The notes under the pieces: model-generated
Told to the model about the DNA's origin: nothing
The model's database searches: none
What the model saw: the letters and a program-made list of their open reading frames with translations, nothing else
Shown here: positions 50,160-64,000 of the stretch, piece after piece
Layout of the letters: each line of letters starts with the position of its first letter
Position numbering within the stretch: position 1 is the first letter of the stretch
NCBI RefSeq assembly: GCF_963921235.1
Contig: NC_086097.1
Span: forward strand, 97,032,001 to 97,096,000
DNA length: 64,000 bases
Direction: 5' to 3'
Source of the DNA: Mobula hypostoma
Lineage: Eukaryota
Made by a program: the position numbers and the translations under genes

Positions 50160-53100
50160 TTTCTGGTGACTTCAATCATGGCAACTTAGAAAACAGCTCT
50201 GCAGAATTTCGACCAGTATGTCAACTTTGCAACCAGAAGGATGACCGTAGTGACCTGATCTATACCAATACTCATGGAGGCAACACCGCTGCCCCCCTCC
50301 AACCCTCATCTCAGACACTCAGACCACATACCCATTTTGTTAATCCTGCATACAGACCACTGGTTAAATGGGTCAAATGAGTAAACCAGTGACTCAGTGA
50401 GTTTACAGAGAGTTCATGACCTGTCCAGGAGGTGACAGCTCAGCACTGTAGGACTGTTTTGAGAGCACAGAATGCAGCATATTCCATCATCACGTCAACA
50501 TTTATGAATACACAGGATTGGTGACTGGCTACCTAGGAAAATGCATTAAAAACGTTACTGTGATTAAATACCACACTGCCAGGGCAAACCAGCAACCATG
50601 GCTGACTGCAGGGGTCTGTGCACCATTCAGAGATCAGGACACTACCTTCAAATCGGGGATAGGATGACTCTTAAGAGCCACGCTCTCGAGTGTCATTAGG
50701 AAGGCAAAGTGAGAGCACTCAGAGAAAATTCACGGACACCTTTGTGACACCAGGGACATGCGGTGCATGTGGCAAGGTATACAAACCCTAACAGACTCCA
50801 AGTCCACCCTGTGCATCAATGACAGAGATGTCTTCCTTTCCAAACAGGCTGAATACCTTCTACACACAATTTAACGGAATGAATGATGTGACATTGAGAA
50901 AAAGCCCTCAGACACCCCGAGGGACAGACACTGTCTGGTCACAACTGAGGTGAGGAGGATCCTAGCTAGTGGAACCCCACGCAAAGTTGTGGGGCTTGAT
51001 AACATGCCTGGCTGGGTGCTGAGGGATTGTGCGGCCCAGCTAACACAGGTCATAATGGACATCTTTAACAGCTCTTTGAAACAGTCCACTGCAGGCCTCA
51101 AAGCAGTCACCATCATTCTGGTGTTCAAGAGTGACGGTAACCGGCCATAATGCATACTGCCCAGTGGCAGTGACTTTAACAGTCATTAAGTACTTTGAGC
51201 ATCTGATAGTGAATCATTTAAAATCCCAGCTTCCAGCTACGGCGGACTCTTTCCAGTTTACCTATCACTCAATCTGGTCTACTGATGATGACATAGCCTT
51301 GGCCCTCCACTCCATCCTGTCCTACATAGAAAATAATAGATCATACCCCTGGATACTGTTTGTGAACTTCAGCTTGCCGTTTAACACGATTATCCCTCAG
51401 AGGTCGGTGGGTAAACTCTCCTCCCTGGGAGCCAACACCACCCTCTGTAACTGGACTTTAGACTTCTTGATTGAAAGACCCCAGTCAGCAACATCTCAAA
51501 CTCCATCACACTGAGCACTGTTGCCCCCCAGGGCTGTGAGCTCAGCCTGCTGCTGTTCGCACTGCTGACTCATGACTACACAGCCAGATCCCGCTCAAAC
51601 CGAGTCATCAAGTTCGCTGATGATACAATCTACATGTAGACTGGGTGAACCAAATTGGTAAAGGTGCTGAGGAAGAGGATTTCTTGGAATGTATGCGGGA
51701 TGGTTTTTTGAACAAACATGTCGAGGAACCAACTAGAGAGCAGGCTATTCTGGACTGGGTTTTGAGCAATGAGGAAGGGTTAATTAGCGATCTTGTCGTG
51801 AGAGGCCCCTTGGGTAAGAGTGACCATAATATGGTGGAATTCTTCATTAACATGGAGAGTGACATAGTTAATTCAGAAACAAAGGTTCTGAACTTAAAGA
51901 GGGGTAACTTTGAAGGTATGAGACGTGAATTAGCTAAGATAGACTGGCAAATGACACTTAAAGGATTGACGGTGGATATGCAATGGCAAGCATCTACATG
52001 ATGGATGAACTACAACAATTGTTCATCCCAGTTTGGCAAAAGAATAAATCAAGGAAGGTAGTGCACCCGTGGCTGACAAGAGAAATTAGGGATAGTATCA
52101 ATTCCAAAGAAGTAGCATACAAATTAGCCAGAGAAAGTGGCTCACCTGAGGACTGGGAGAAATTCAGAGTTCAGCAGAGGAGGACAAAGGGCTTAATTAG
52201 GAAGGGGAAAAAAGATTATGAGAGAAAACTGGCAGAGAACATAAAAACGGACTGTAAAAGCTTTTATAGATATGTAAAAAGGAAAAGACTGATAAAGACA
52301 AATGTAGGTCCCCTGCAGACAGAAACAGGTGAATTGATTATGGGGAGCAAGGACATGGCAGACCAATTGAATAATTACTTTGGTTCTGTCTTCACTAAGG
52401 AGGACATGAATAATCTTCCAGAAATAGTAAGGGACAGAGGGTCCAGTGAGATGGAGGAACTGAGTGAAATACATGTTAGTAGGGAAGTGGTGTTAGGTAA
52501 ATTGAAGGGATTGAAGGCAGATAAATCCCCAGGGCCAGATGGTCTGCATCCCAGAGTGCTTAAGGAAGTAGCCCAAGAAATAGTGGATGCATTAGTGATA
52601 ATTTTTCAAAACACGTTAGATTCTGGACTAGTTCCTGAGGATTGGAGGGTGGCTAATGTAACCCCACTTTTTAAAAAAGGAGGGAGAGAGAAACCGGGGA
52701 ATTATAGACCGGTTAGCCTAACGTCGGTGGTGGGGAAACTGCTGGAGTCAGTTATCAAGGATGTGATAACAGCACATTTGGAAAGCGGTGAAATGATCGG
52801 ACAAAGTCAGCATGGATTTGTGAAAGGAAAATCATGTCTGACGAATCTCATAGAATTTTTTGAGGATGTAACTAGTAGAGTGGATAGGGGAGAACCAGTG
52901 GATGTGGTATATTTGGATTTTCAAAAGGCTTTTGACAAGGTCCCACACAGGAGATTAGTGTGCAAACTTAAAGCACACGGTATTGGGGGTAAGGTATTGG
53001 TGTGGGTGGAGAATTGGTTAGCAGACAGGAAGCAAAGAGTGGGAATAAACGGGACCTTTTCAGAATGGCAGGCGGTGACTAGTGGGGTACCGCAAGGCTC

Positions 53101-55025
53101 AGTGCTGGGACCCCAGTTGTTTACAATATATATTAATGACTTGGATGAGGGAATTAAATGCAGCATCTCCAAGTTTGCGGATGACACGAAGCTGGGTGGC
53201 AGTGTTAGCAGTGAGGAGGATGCTAAGAGGATGCAGGGTGACTTGGATAGGTTGGGTGAGTGGGCAAACTCATGGCAGACGCAATTTAATGTGGATAAAT
53301 GTGAAGTTATCCACTTTGGTGGCAAAAATAGGAAAACAGATTATTATCTGAATGGTGGCCGATTAGGAAAAGGGGAGGTGCAACGAGACCTGGGTGTCAT
53401 TATACACCAGTCATTGAAAGTGGGCATGCAGGTACAGCAGGCGGTGAAAAAGGCGAACGGTATGCTGGCATTTATAGCGAGAGGATTCGAGTACAGGAGC
53501 AGGGAGGTACTACTGCAGTTGTACAAGGCCTTGGTGAGACCACACCTGGAGTATTGTGTGCAGTTTTGGTCCCCTAATCTGAGGAAAGACATCTTTGCCA
53601 TAGAGGGAGTACAAAGAAGGTTCACCAGATTGATTCCTGGGATGGCAGGTCTTTCATATGAAGAAAGACTGGATGAACTGGGCTTGTACTCGTTGGAATT
53701 TAGAAGATTGAGGGGGGATCTGATTGAAACGTATAAGATCCTAAAGGGATTGGACAGGCTAGATGTGGGAAGATTGTTCCCGATGTTGGGGAGGTCCAGA
53801 ACGAGGGGTCACAGTTTGAGGATAGAGGGGAAGCCTTTTAGGACCGAGATTAGGAAAAACTTCTTCACACAGAGAGTGGTGAATCTGTGGAATTCTCTGC
53901 CACAGCAAACTGTTGAGGCCAGTTCATTGGCTATGTTTAAGAGGGAGTTAGATATGGCCCTTGTGGCTACAGGGGTCAGGGGGTATGGAGGGAAGGCTGG
54001 GTTCTGAGTTGGATGATCAGCCATGATCATAATAAATGGCGGTGCAGGCTCGAAGGGCTGAATGGCCTACTCCTGCACCTATTTTCTATGTTTCTATGTT
54101 TCTATGATACAACAGTGGTTGGCCTCATCAGCAACACTGATGAGCTGGCATACAGAGAGGAGGTAGAGACCAAATGGTATGAGAACAACAACCTGAGTCT
54201 CAACATGGAAAAGACAAAAGAGATGATTATGGACTAAAGGAAGATGCAGATCAATTACTCGTCATTGCACATCAATGGCTCTGCTGCAGAGAGAGTGAAG
54301 AATGCAAAGATCCTTGGTGTGCACATAATGGACAATCTAACCTGGACCCACAACACCTCCTCATTAGTCAAGAAGGCACAACAGTATCTACACTTTCTGA
54401 GGAGACTGAAATGTGCAAAACTCCCCAGCCCCCATTCCAGCAACTTTCTACAGGAGCATCATCTAGAGAGGCCTGTCTGGCTGTAACATTGTGTGCTACA
54501 GCAGATGTAAGGCATTGGACCACAAGACCCTACAGAGGATAGTAAAAGCCACCAAGAGATCACCAGTGTCTCCTTCCCCCGGTTAATGACATTTACTAGC
54601 AGTAATGTATACAAAGGGCCCGAAGCATTCTTGACGATTCCTACCACCCACCCCACAATCTCTTTGACCCGCTACTGTCAAGAAGAAGGCACAGGAGCAT
54701 CAGGACTAGCATCGCCAGATTTGGTAACAGCTTCTTCTCTCGGGCTGTGAGGCTAATGAATACCCTGCCAACACTGAGGTCTCATCACTCGGACCGTGAG
54801 CTCTTTAATGTTTACCTGTGCTGCACACTACATGCACTTTGAATTATATTTTATTAACATATTTGTGGTGATACTTTGCTTTATGTGCTCTGTGTGATAT
54901 ATGTTTTGTGGGTGCACCATGGTCCAGAGGTTGAAGGATGCTTCATCTGCTATTTTTACTGTTTTTCTTGCAACCTCTTAGTTACATATACATACAGTAA
55001 GATGACAATAAACTTGAGTTTGAGC
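50160..55025 (+). mobile_element. Degenerate Rex1/Babar-type LINE, split at its FADD motif by a CR1
   Basis: GDFNH remnant, LRDCAAQL, YCPVAVT..FEHL, ..KFADD | DTTVVGLIS..., LVKKAQQYLHFLRRL. Confidence 0.8.
51626..54106 (+). mobile_element. Young CR1 copy (APE end + RT + tail)
   Basis: ORFs 51645..52001 and 51983..54007 (FADD). TSD atgatacaa at 51620-51628 and 54104-54112. Confidence 0.95.
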
Positions 55026-55809
55026 TTAAGTGGATGATTTGAGTACCCTAGCATTTAATAATTTTGGAGTCAGCTATTTAAAAATTCCGTAGTATATCAA
55101 CCTCAAGTAGACCAGAATACAAAGAGGAGAACACTGTGCTTTATTTGTATGGTTTTGTTCAGACCCCAGTTGCATTAAATCTGGACACCAAAATCCTGAT
55201 CTTGAAAGGGTCGTAGAAAAGGTTTACAGGATGATACTCAGGTCGTAAGTATTATATCATGTTAAATTCACATAATCCCTTGAGTCTACAAGGCCCAGTG
55301 GTGATCTAATTTGGGTAGTTAAAATGACAAAACAATTAGACAGAGACGTATAGACAGGCTATTTTCTCTGTAACATAAAGCAAGATCATAGGGGCAGAGA
55401 CGTTGATGTTGGGAGCAGTGCCATCTCATTAGGCAGGTCCTGCAGTCCTCCATTTAAGTTGAAGCTGGATGAAGGACAAATGAAGATCTGCTGCCAGCAC
55501 TAAATTTCAATATATTCATCATAATATCTATGAGTATATGATCATAAACATCTGTGACTAAATTGTGATGTGCATTGCATCCCTCCCATCTGAGCTGCAT
55601 TTTGAATGAATTTTAATGACAAGTCTTTCACTAGGACTGCTGAGTTCGCTCCCCCTCTGTGGTATTTTCTTTCACTGTCAAGTGAGAGAAAGCCATTAAC
55701 AAGTTCCTATAGCTGGGATCAAAGACTTTCAGAGAAAAAAATGTAAAAAGGAGAAAAAATAATTTAATGTCACTTGGTTAATAGGTCGGCATAACATTAT
55801 GGGCCAAAG

Positions 55810-56565
55810 ACAATAGACAATAGGTGCAGGAGTAGGCCATTCAGCCCTTCGAGCCAGCACCACCATTCACTGTGATCATGGCTGATCATCCACAATCAAT
55901 ACCCTTTTCCTGACTTCTCCCCATATCCCTTCACTCCGCTATCTTTAAGAGCTCTACTGAACTCTTTTTTTGAAAGAATCCAGAGAATTGGCCTCCACTG
56001 CCTTCTGAGGCAGAGCATTCCACAGAACCACAACCCTCTGTGTGAAAACGTTTTTCCTCAACTCTGTTCTAAATTGTCTACCCCTTATTCTTAAACTGTG
56101 GCCTCTGGTTCTGGACTCCCCCAACATCGGGAACATGTTTCCTGCCTCTAGTGTGTCCAATCCCTTAATAATCTTATATGTTTCAATCAGATCCCCTCTC
56201 ATCCTTCTAAATTCCAGTGTATACAACCCCAGTCGCTCCAATCTTTCAACGTATGACAGTCCCTCCATCCAGGGAATTAACCTCATGAACCTACGCTGCA
56301 CTCCCTCAATAGCTAGGATATCCTTCCTGAAATTTGGAGACCAAAACTGTACACAATATTCCAGGTGTAGTCTCACCAGGGCCCTGTACAACTGCAGGAG
56401 GACCTGTTTGCTCCTATATTCAATACCCCTTGTTATGATGGCCAGCATGCCATTATCTTTCTTTACTGCCTGCTGTACCTGCATGCTTACTTTCAGTGAC
56501 TGATGAACAAGGACACCTAGATCTCGTTGTACTTTCCCTTGACACCATTTGGATAGTGATCTGCC
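55810..56565 (-). mobile_element. CR1 3' fragment (same subfamily as 31230-34378)
   Basis: ORF 55954..56484 and a GACAATA-type tail. Confidence 0.85.
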
Positions 56566-57160
56566 CTCAAAGGGCTGATACTGTGCTGTAAATTTCTATG
56601 TTTTATGTTCTAAGCCTTGTGCCAATATGAATTATTTTTCGTGAATGAATTCTTAAACCCAAATTTCTTGCTAATGTAGTCAGCACTTAAATGCGTTTAA
56701 TCAGGGTATTTTCCGAGGAACTATATCAATTGGCTCCAGACAAAGTGATGCTTTTTTGGCAATCTTAAAATTAATCCAAGTCTCAGTCTGGCTGAATGCC
56801 AAGCCAAAATGGATTGAAGATCAGACATTTACCTGTTATCTAATGCTTAGGCTCAGTCCAACTCTGCAAACTGAAGATATAAAACACCAGGACTAATGCA
56901 CTTAATTGTAGGCATTTTGGGGCATTAACAAAGCTTCACTCTGTCAAAAAAAACAAAAGATCTACTTGGTTTAATAAATTAGATGAGATGTGTTATTCTC
57001 GATGTACAGTGAGCGGGTGACCCACAGGTCAGTAAGCTCTGTTGAAAGTATTGTCTTCGATTGACAACTCTTCGAAGATCCAGGATAATTGGTGAAGTCT
57101 TGATTAGCTACAGCCCTCAATGACTGACCATGTTATAAACAGAAATATCATCTCTCAGAT

Positions 57161-58139
57161 ATAGAAACCATAGAAAAACTACAGCACAGAAACAGGCCTT
57201 TTGGCCCTTCTTGGCTGTGCCGAACCATTTTCTGCCTAGTCCCACTGACCTGCACACGGACAATATCCCTCCATACACCTCCCATCCATGTATCTGTCCA
57301 ATTTATTCTTAAAAGTTAAAAAAAAACCCGCATTTACCACCTCATCTGGCAGCTCATTCCATACTCCCACCACCCTCTGTGTGAAGAAGCCTCCCCTAAT
57401 GTTCCCTTTAAACTTTTCCCCCTTCACCCTTAACCTATGTCCTCTGTTTTTTTTCCTCCCCTTGCCTCAGTGGAAAAAGCCTGCTTGCATTCACTCTATC
57501 TATACCCATCATAATTTTATATACCTCTATCAAATCTCCCCTCATTCTTCTACGCTCCAGGGAATAAAGTCCTAACCTATTCAACCTTTCTCTGTAACTG
57601 AGTTTCTCAAGTCCCGGCAACATCCTTGTAAACCTTCTCTGCACTCTTTCAACCTTATTAATATCCTTCCTGTAATTTGGTGACCAAAACTGAACACAAT
57701 ACTCCAGATTCGGCCTCACCAATGCCTTATACAACCTCATCATAACATTCCAGCTCTTATACTCAATACTTTGATTAATAAAGGCCAATGTTCCAAAAGC
57801 TGTCTTTACGACCCTATCTACCTGTGATGCCACTTTTAGGGAATTTTGTATCTGTATTCCCAGATCCCTCGGATCCACTGCACTCCTCAGTGCCTTACCA
57901 TTAACCTTGTATGTTCTACCTTGGTTTGTCCTTCCAAAGTGCAATACCTCACACTTGTCTGTATTAAACTCCATCTGCCATTTTTCAGCCCATTTCTCCA
58001 CTGGTCCAAATCCCTCTGCAGGCTCTGAAAACCTTCCTCACTGTCCACTACACCTCCAATCTTTGTATCAACAGCAAATTTGCTGATCCAATTTACCACA
58101 TTTGTATCATCAGCAAATTTGCTGATCCAATTTACCACA
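57161..58139 (-). mobile_element. CR1 3' fragment (third subfamily) with a 39-bp duplication at its 5' end
   Basis: ORFs 57435..58001 and 57236..57427. Duplicated unit 58062-58100 / 58101-58139. Confidence 0.85.
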
Positions 58140-58679
58140 TTGTATTGTATTGATTGATATTCTGAGGGTTAGAGAAAGGAGTCAGTCTATGAGTGGTTCA
58201 CAGTCAATTTCTGCAAGGTTGCTTGGTTTGAAAGTTAGTGCTCCTCAGGTTACAAAAATGGTGTTAACTTGCAGTGAGTTTTTGCTTTGTATGTTAAGCA
58301 TTCTCCCATGCTTAGAGAGAATGGGAGGCACAATATTAACGGTTTGATATCCGGAGGGCTGCAAGAAACGTAAAGTTCACTGTGTACCACGCATTCACCT
58401 CTCTGGTGTAATTATAGAAAGTGTATGTTAAATGTGCACATCAACGACAAAGGGATTATTCATTCTTTGATTGGAGAAGACAATCTAACACATTCCAACT
58501 AATATTGTACCAATCTCCTTTGTTATTGTCTTTGCACCTTGGTTAAGAACGTCAGATCACTTACAAAGGAGATTTACGAACTTGTATAATTTCCAACGAA
58601 AGATGTAGTACCAGTTCTTTTGTCGTGTAATATTGGTTACTCCCAATGATTGTTTAGTTTTATATATTTTTAAAAAATT

Positions 58680-60160
58680 ATTTGAATCAGGTTTATTATC
58701 ACTGGCATGTGTCATGAAATTTGTTAACTTAGCAACAGCAGTACAATGCAATACATGATAATAGAGAAAGAAAAAATAAATCAATTAATTACAGTAAGTA
58801 TATCTATGAATATTGAATGGATTTAAAGTTGTGCAAAAACTGAAGTAATATATATTAAAAAAAGTAAGTTAGTGTTTATGGGTTCAATGTCCATTTAGGA
58901 ATCATATAGCAGAGGGGAAGAAGCTGTCCTGATTCACTGAGTGTGTGCCTTCAGGCTCCTGTACCTCCTTCCTGACAGTAACTATGAGAAGAAGGCACGT
59001 CCTGGGTGATGGGGGTCCTTAATAATGGACGTTGCCTTTCTGAGGCACTGCTCCTTGAAGCTATCTTAGGTACTACAGAGACTAGTCCCCACGATGGAGC
59101 TGAATAGTTTTCCAACTTTCTGTAGCTTCTTTTGTTCTTGTGCAGTAGCACCCTCCCCCGCCCCCATATCAGACAGTGATTCAGCTTGTCAAAATGCTCT
59201 CCGTAGTACATCTGTAGAAGTTTTTGAGTGTTTTAGGTGACGAACTGAACCTCCTCAAACCCCTAATGAAATATAGCCGCATCTTGTCTTCTTTCTAGCT
59301 GCATCAATATGTTGGGACCAGGTTAGATCCTTAGAGATCTTGACACCCAGTAATTTGAAATTGCTCACTCTCTTCACTTCTGATCCCTCTATGAGGGTTG
59401 GTTTGTTTCCTCATCTTCCTGTTTCTAAAGTCTACAATCAGCTTTTTCATCTTCCTGACATTGAGTGCAAGGTTGTTGCTGCCACACTGCTCAACTAGCT
59501 GGTATATCTCGCTCCTGTGAGCCCACGCATCTCCATCTGAGATTCTACCAACAATAGTTGTATCATCAGCAAACTGAAGGATGGTATTTAAGCTATGCCT
59601 TGCCTTAGTCATTGGTACAGAGAGAGTAGAGTAGTGGGCTAAGCACACACCCAAAGTGCACCAGCGTTGATCGTCAGCGAGGAGGAGATGTTAGCACCAA
59701 TTAACACAGACAGTGGTCTTGATTAGGAAGTTGAGGATCCAATTACAGAAAGAGGTACAGAGGCCCAGGTTTTGTAGCTTACTGCTCAGGACTGTGGGAA
59801 TGCTGGTGTTAAATGCTGAGCTATAGTCAATGAACAGCGTCCTGACATAGGTGTTTGTATTGTCCAGGAGATCTAAGGCAGTGTGCAGAGCCATTGAGAT
59901 TGTGTCTGCTATAGACCTATTGTGCTGATTTGCAAATTGCAGTGGGTCCAGGTCCTTGCTGAGGCAGGAGTTCATTCCAGCCATGACCAACCTCGCAAAG
60001 CATTTCATCACTGTAGATGTGAGTGCCACTGGGTGATAGTCAATAAGGCAGCTCACACTTCTCTTCTTGGGCACTGGTATAACTGTTGTCTTTTAGAAGC
60101 AGGTGGGAACTTCCGACTGTAGCAGTGAGAGATTGAAAATTTAATTGCCACATTGAACCA
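58680..60160 (-). mobile_element. Rex1/Babar-type LINE RT fragment
   Basis: [34 protein letters not shown] and FADDTTIVG. Confidence 0.85.
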
Positions 60161-60429
60161 GCATTTCTCGTGTGTTGTTTGTGGCCATTGACAAGGTGCT
60201 GGTGATAGATGTAGACTCAACAGTAATGAAAGAGCAGCAGTGTTTGGTCCACACACAGCCAGAACTTGCACCTCTCATTATTCCCTGATGTGTTTATTTT
60301 TTGGACTCTGGCAGTCGACCCATGCTGCAAAGGTTAAGCAGTGCATGGCGGGTGACCATGCCGCAGATAGTGGTCCTTAAGCCCCTCCCCTTGTCCCTCT
60401 CACTGCCATCAAAGATCACAAGACCAGAA

Positions 60430-60925
60430 GCCAATGGTGCCTAACGGCAACTCCTTTGCTTGCATCTTCACAAACAGCTCTAATCCTACCTTTAATATCC
60501 CTATTTTTCCCTTTCAGGGTTCTTTTGAAGACCCTGACCTGGAGTTACATGCTGACATAGGTTCTTTGTGGGAATGGGACCCTCTCTCGGGGACTCACGA
60601 CTGGCCGCTATTTGGTATGTCAAGGACGCGGCCTAGATTAGCGTGCCTTCGGAATTTTGGGATTTTGTGGCTCTGGAGGCGGGCAGACTGGAGGTCGGTG
60701 CCTCTGCAGGAAATCAGAGTGTTGTGGGAGACGGAAGATCTCTGGCTAATGCCCTGAGACCTGAGTTCTTTGGGCACAGAGTTTGGAAAAAGCGACACAA
60801 CGGACTTTTAACATCGTAAATCAGTGAGTTGTTTGTTAAGTCTCCCCTCTCGTTGTGAAACAGAAACACCTCTTTTTCACTTATTAGGGGGAGAGAGAGC
60901 CTGTGGTATTTCAAGTACCGGGTTA
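60430..60925 (+). mobile_element. Non-coding interspersed repeat (probable non-autonomous retroelement), 5' part
   Basis: The last ~100 bp (60825-60925) are the reverse complement of 61645-61746. Confidence 0.45.
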
Positions 60926-60934
60926 ATGGGTCAA

Positions 60935-62316
60935 TAAATTCCACAGATTCACCGCTCTCTGGCTCAAGAAATTCCTCCTCATCTCTGTTCTAAATGGACA
61001 TTCTCTACTCTGAGGCTGCACCTACTTGTCCTAGACTCCCCCTACTATATATCTAGGCCTTTCAATATTTGATAGGTTTCAATGGGATCCCTCCTCTTTC
61101 TTCTAAACTCCAGTGAGTACAGGCATGATACTCAAATGCTCCTCATACATTAACTCTTTCATTCCCAGGATCATTCTCGTGAACCTCCTCTGGACCCTCT
61201 CCAATACCAGCACATCCCTTCTTAGACAAGGAGCCAAAGACCGCTCGCAGTACTCCAAGAGCAACCTGACCAATTCCTTACAATGTCTCAGCAATACATT
61301 CTTGTTTTTCATATTCAAGTCCTCTTGAAATAAATGCTAACTTTGTATTTGCCTTCTTTACCAAAGGTTTCAAAAGTACATTTAATGTCAGAGGATACAA
61401 TATACAATATACATCCTGAAATTCTTTTTCTTTGCAACCATCCATGAAATTAGAGGGGTGCCCCCAAAGAATGAATAACAGCTAAATGTTACAACCCCAC
61501 AGCCCCCCCCAGCTCCCCCCCCATGCACAAGCAACAGCCCCCTCCCCCACCAGCAAAAAAGGCATCGGCCCCCACCACCGAGCACTCAAGCATGCAGCAA
61601 AGCATCAGCAAAGACAATCTTGTAGTACCCTAAAGACTTCTCGTTCACCCGGTATTCGACATACCACAGGCTCTCTCTCTCCCTAATAATGGAAAAAGAA
61701 GTGTCTCAGTTTCAGAGCGAGAGGGGAGACATAACAAACAACTCAACCTGCAAGTTAACATTTACAGAATCTTGCATGAGGTCCCCTAAGTCCCTTTGCA
61801 CCTCTGATTTCTGAATTTTCTCTCCATGTAGAAAATAATTTATCCCTTTATGCCTTTCACTAAAGTGCATGATCATACATTTCCCAACATTATATTCCAT
61901 CTGCCACTTCTTTGCCCATTCTCGTAATCTGTCTAAGTACTTCTGCAGATTCCCTTCTTCCTTAACAGTACCCATCTACTTTTGTATCATCTGCAAACTT
62001 GACCACAAAGCCACCAATTCCCTCATCCAAATCATTATATATAATATGAAAAGAAGCGGGCAGAACATTGACCCCTGTGGAGCACCACTAATCAATGCCA
62101 GCCAATCAGAAAAGGCTCCCTTTATTCCAACTCTTTACCCGCTGTCTGTCAGCCACTATCTTTCCTGTAATACCATAGGCTCTTAACTTGTTTAACAGCG
62201 TCATGTGCAACATCTTGTCAAGGCCTTCTGAAAAATCAAAGCAAGCTACATCCACGGGCTCTCCTTTGTCTATCCTATCTGTTATTGCCCCAATGAATTC
62301 AAACAGATTTGTCAGA
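60935..62316 (-). mobile_element. Degenerate CR1 RT fragment
   Basis: DKGEPVDV, WAKKWQMEYNVGKC and LERVQRRFTRMI motifs. Confidence 0.75.
61363..61746 (-). mobile_element. Non-coding interspersed repeat, 3' part, inserted in a CR1
   Basis: Shares ~100 bp with 60825-60925 in inverted orientation and interrupts CR1 sequence. Confidence 0.5.
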
Positions 62317-64000
62317 CAGCACACATCAAAGTTGCTGGTGAACGCAGCAGGCCAGGCAGCATCGCTAAGAAGAGGTACAGTCGACATTTTGGGCCGAGAG
62401 CCTTCGTCAGGACTAACTGAAAGAAGAGCTAGTAAGAGATTTGAAAGTGGGAGGGAAAGGGGGAAATCCAAAATGATGGGAGAAGACAGGAGGGGGAGGG
62501 ATGGAGCCAGGAGCTGGACAGGTGATTGGCAAAAGGGATATGAGAGGATCATGGGACAGGAGGCCTAGGGAGAAAGAAAGGGGGAGGGGGGAAGCCCAAA
62601 GGATGGGCAAGGAGTATAGTGAGAGGGACACAGGGAGAAAAAGGAGAGAAAAAGAATATATATATAGATATATAGACGTAATAAATAACGGATGGGGTAT
62701 GAGGGGGAGGTGGGGCATTAACGGAAGTTAGAGAAGTCAATGTTCATGCCATCAGGTTGGAGGCTACCCAGACGGAATATAAGGTGTTGTTCCTCCAACC
62801 TGAGCGTGGCTTCATCTTTATAGTAGAGGAGGCCGTGGATAGACATGTCAGAATGGGAATGGGATGTGGAATTAAAATGTGTGGCCACTGGGAGATCCTG
62901 CTTTCTCTGGCGGACAGAGCGTAGGTGTTCAGCGAAACTGTCTCCCAGTCTGCGTCGGGTCTCACCAATATATAGAGGGCCGCATTGGGAGCACCGGATG
63001 CAGTGTATCGCCCCAGCCGACTCACAGGTGAAGTGTTGCCTCACTTGGAAGGACTGTCTGGGGCCCTGAATGGTAGTGAGGGAGGAAGTGTAAGGGCATG
63101 TGTAGCACTTGTTCGGCTTACAAGGATAAGTGCCGGGAGGGAGATCGGTGGGAAGGGATGGGGGGGGACGAATGGAGAAGGGAATCGCGTAGAGAGCAAT
63201 CCCCACAGAAAGCAGAGGGGGAGAGGGGAGGGAAAGATGTGCGTATTGGTGGGATCCAGTTGGAGGTGGCAGAAGTTACGGAGAATTATATGTTGGACCC
63301 AGAGGCTGGTGAGGTGGTAGGTGAGGACAAGGGGAACCCTATTCCTAGTGTGGTGGCGGGAGGATGGAGTGAGAGCAGATGTGCATGAAATGGGAGAGGT
63401 GCATTTGAAAGCAGAGTTGATGGTGGAGGAAGGGAAACCCCTTTCTTTAAAAAAGGAGGACATCTCCCTCGTCCTGGAATGAAAAGCCTCATCCTGAGAG
63501 CAGATGTGGCAGAGATGGAGGAATTGCAAGAAGGGGATGGCATTTTTGCAAGAGACAGGGTGAGAAGAGGAATAGTCCAGATAGCTGTGAAAGTCAGTAG
63601 GCTTATAGTAGGCATCATTCGATAAGCTGTCTCCAGAGATAGAGACAGAAAGATCTAGAGAGGGGAGGGAGGTGTCGGAAATGGACCAGGTAAACTTGAG
63701 GGCAGGGTGAAAGTTGGAGGCAAAGTTAATGAAGTCAACAAGCTCAGCATGCGTGCAGGAAGCAGCGCCAATGCAGTCGTCGATATAGCGAAGGAAAAGT
63801 GGGGGACAGATACCAGAATAGGCATGGAACATGGATTGTTCCGCAAAGCCAACAAAAAGGCAGGCATAGCTGGGACCCATACGGGTGCCCATAGCTACAC
63901 CTTTAGTTTGGAGGAAATGGGAAGAGCCAAAGGAGAAATTATTAAGAGTAAGGACTAATTCCGCTAGACAGAGCAAAGTGGTGGTAGAGGGGAACTGGTG
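62317..64000 (-). mobile_element. Penelope-like element (RT + GIY-YIG + terminal repeat), continuing past the window edge
   Basis: RT ORF 63041..63976 (GVAMGTRMGP, RYIDD). GIY-YIG ORF 62718..63206. Mutated hammerhead at about 62378-62414. Confidence 0.92.

Overview
This is eukaryotic genomic DNA, very likely from a cartilaginous fish (shark or ray, inferred from the CR1, Penelope, V-SINE, Rex/Babar and RTE repeat mix). Most of the window is nested retrotransposon sequence. One host gene is recognisable: a 3-exon, + strand EEF1A lysine methyltransferase 3-like (METTL21B-like) gene, CDS join(26522..26689,28339..28450,30015..30427), 230 aa, with canonical GT-AG splice sites and a CCAAT/TATA promoter. 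Notable mobile DNA includes: (1) several Penelope-like (RT + GIY-YIG) pieces carrying minimal hammerhead ribozyme motifs, one with an intact core, antisense in intron 2 of the gene; (2) a young, full-length, TSD-flanked RTE-clade LINE (40086-44146, -) one nonsense codon from intact, with a tandem 43-44 bp monomer array at its 5' end; (3) an older RTE with a twin-priming-type 5' inversion; (4) an RNase H-bearing Nimb/I-clade LINE split by four later insertions; (5) a chromodomain-bearing Ty3/Gypsy (sushi-like) pol remnant; (6) three near-identical young CR1 copies. I found no convincing wholly novel system. The most interesting signals are unusual details of known element classes. Repeat boundaries are by-eye estimates unless a TSD is cited.
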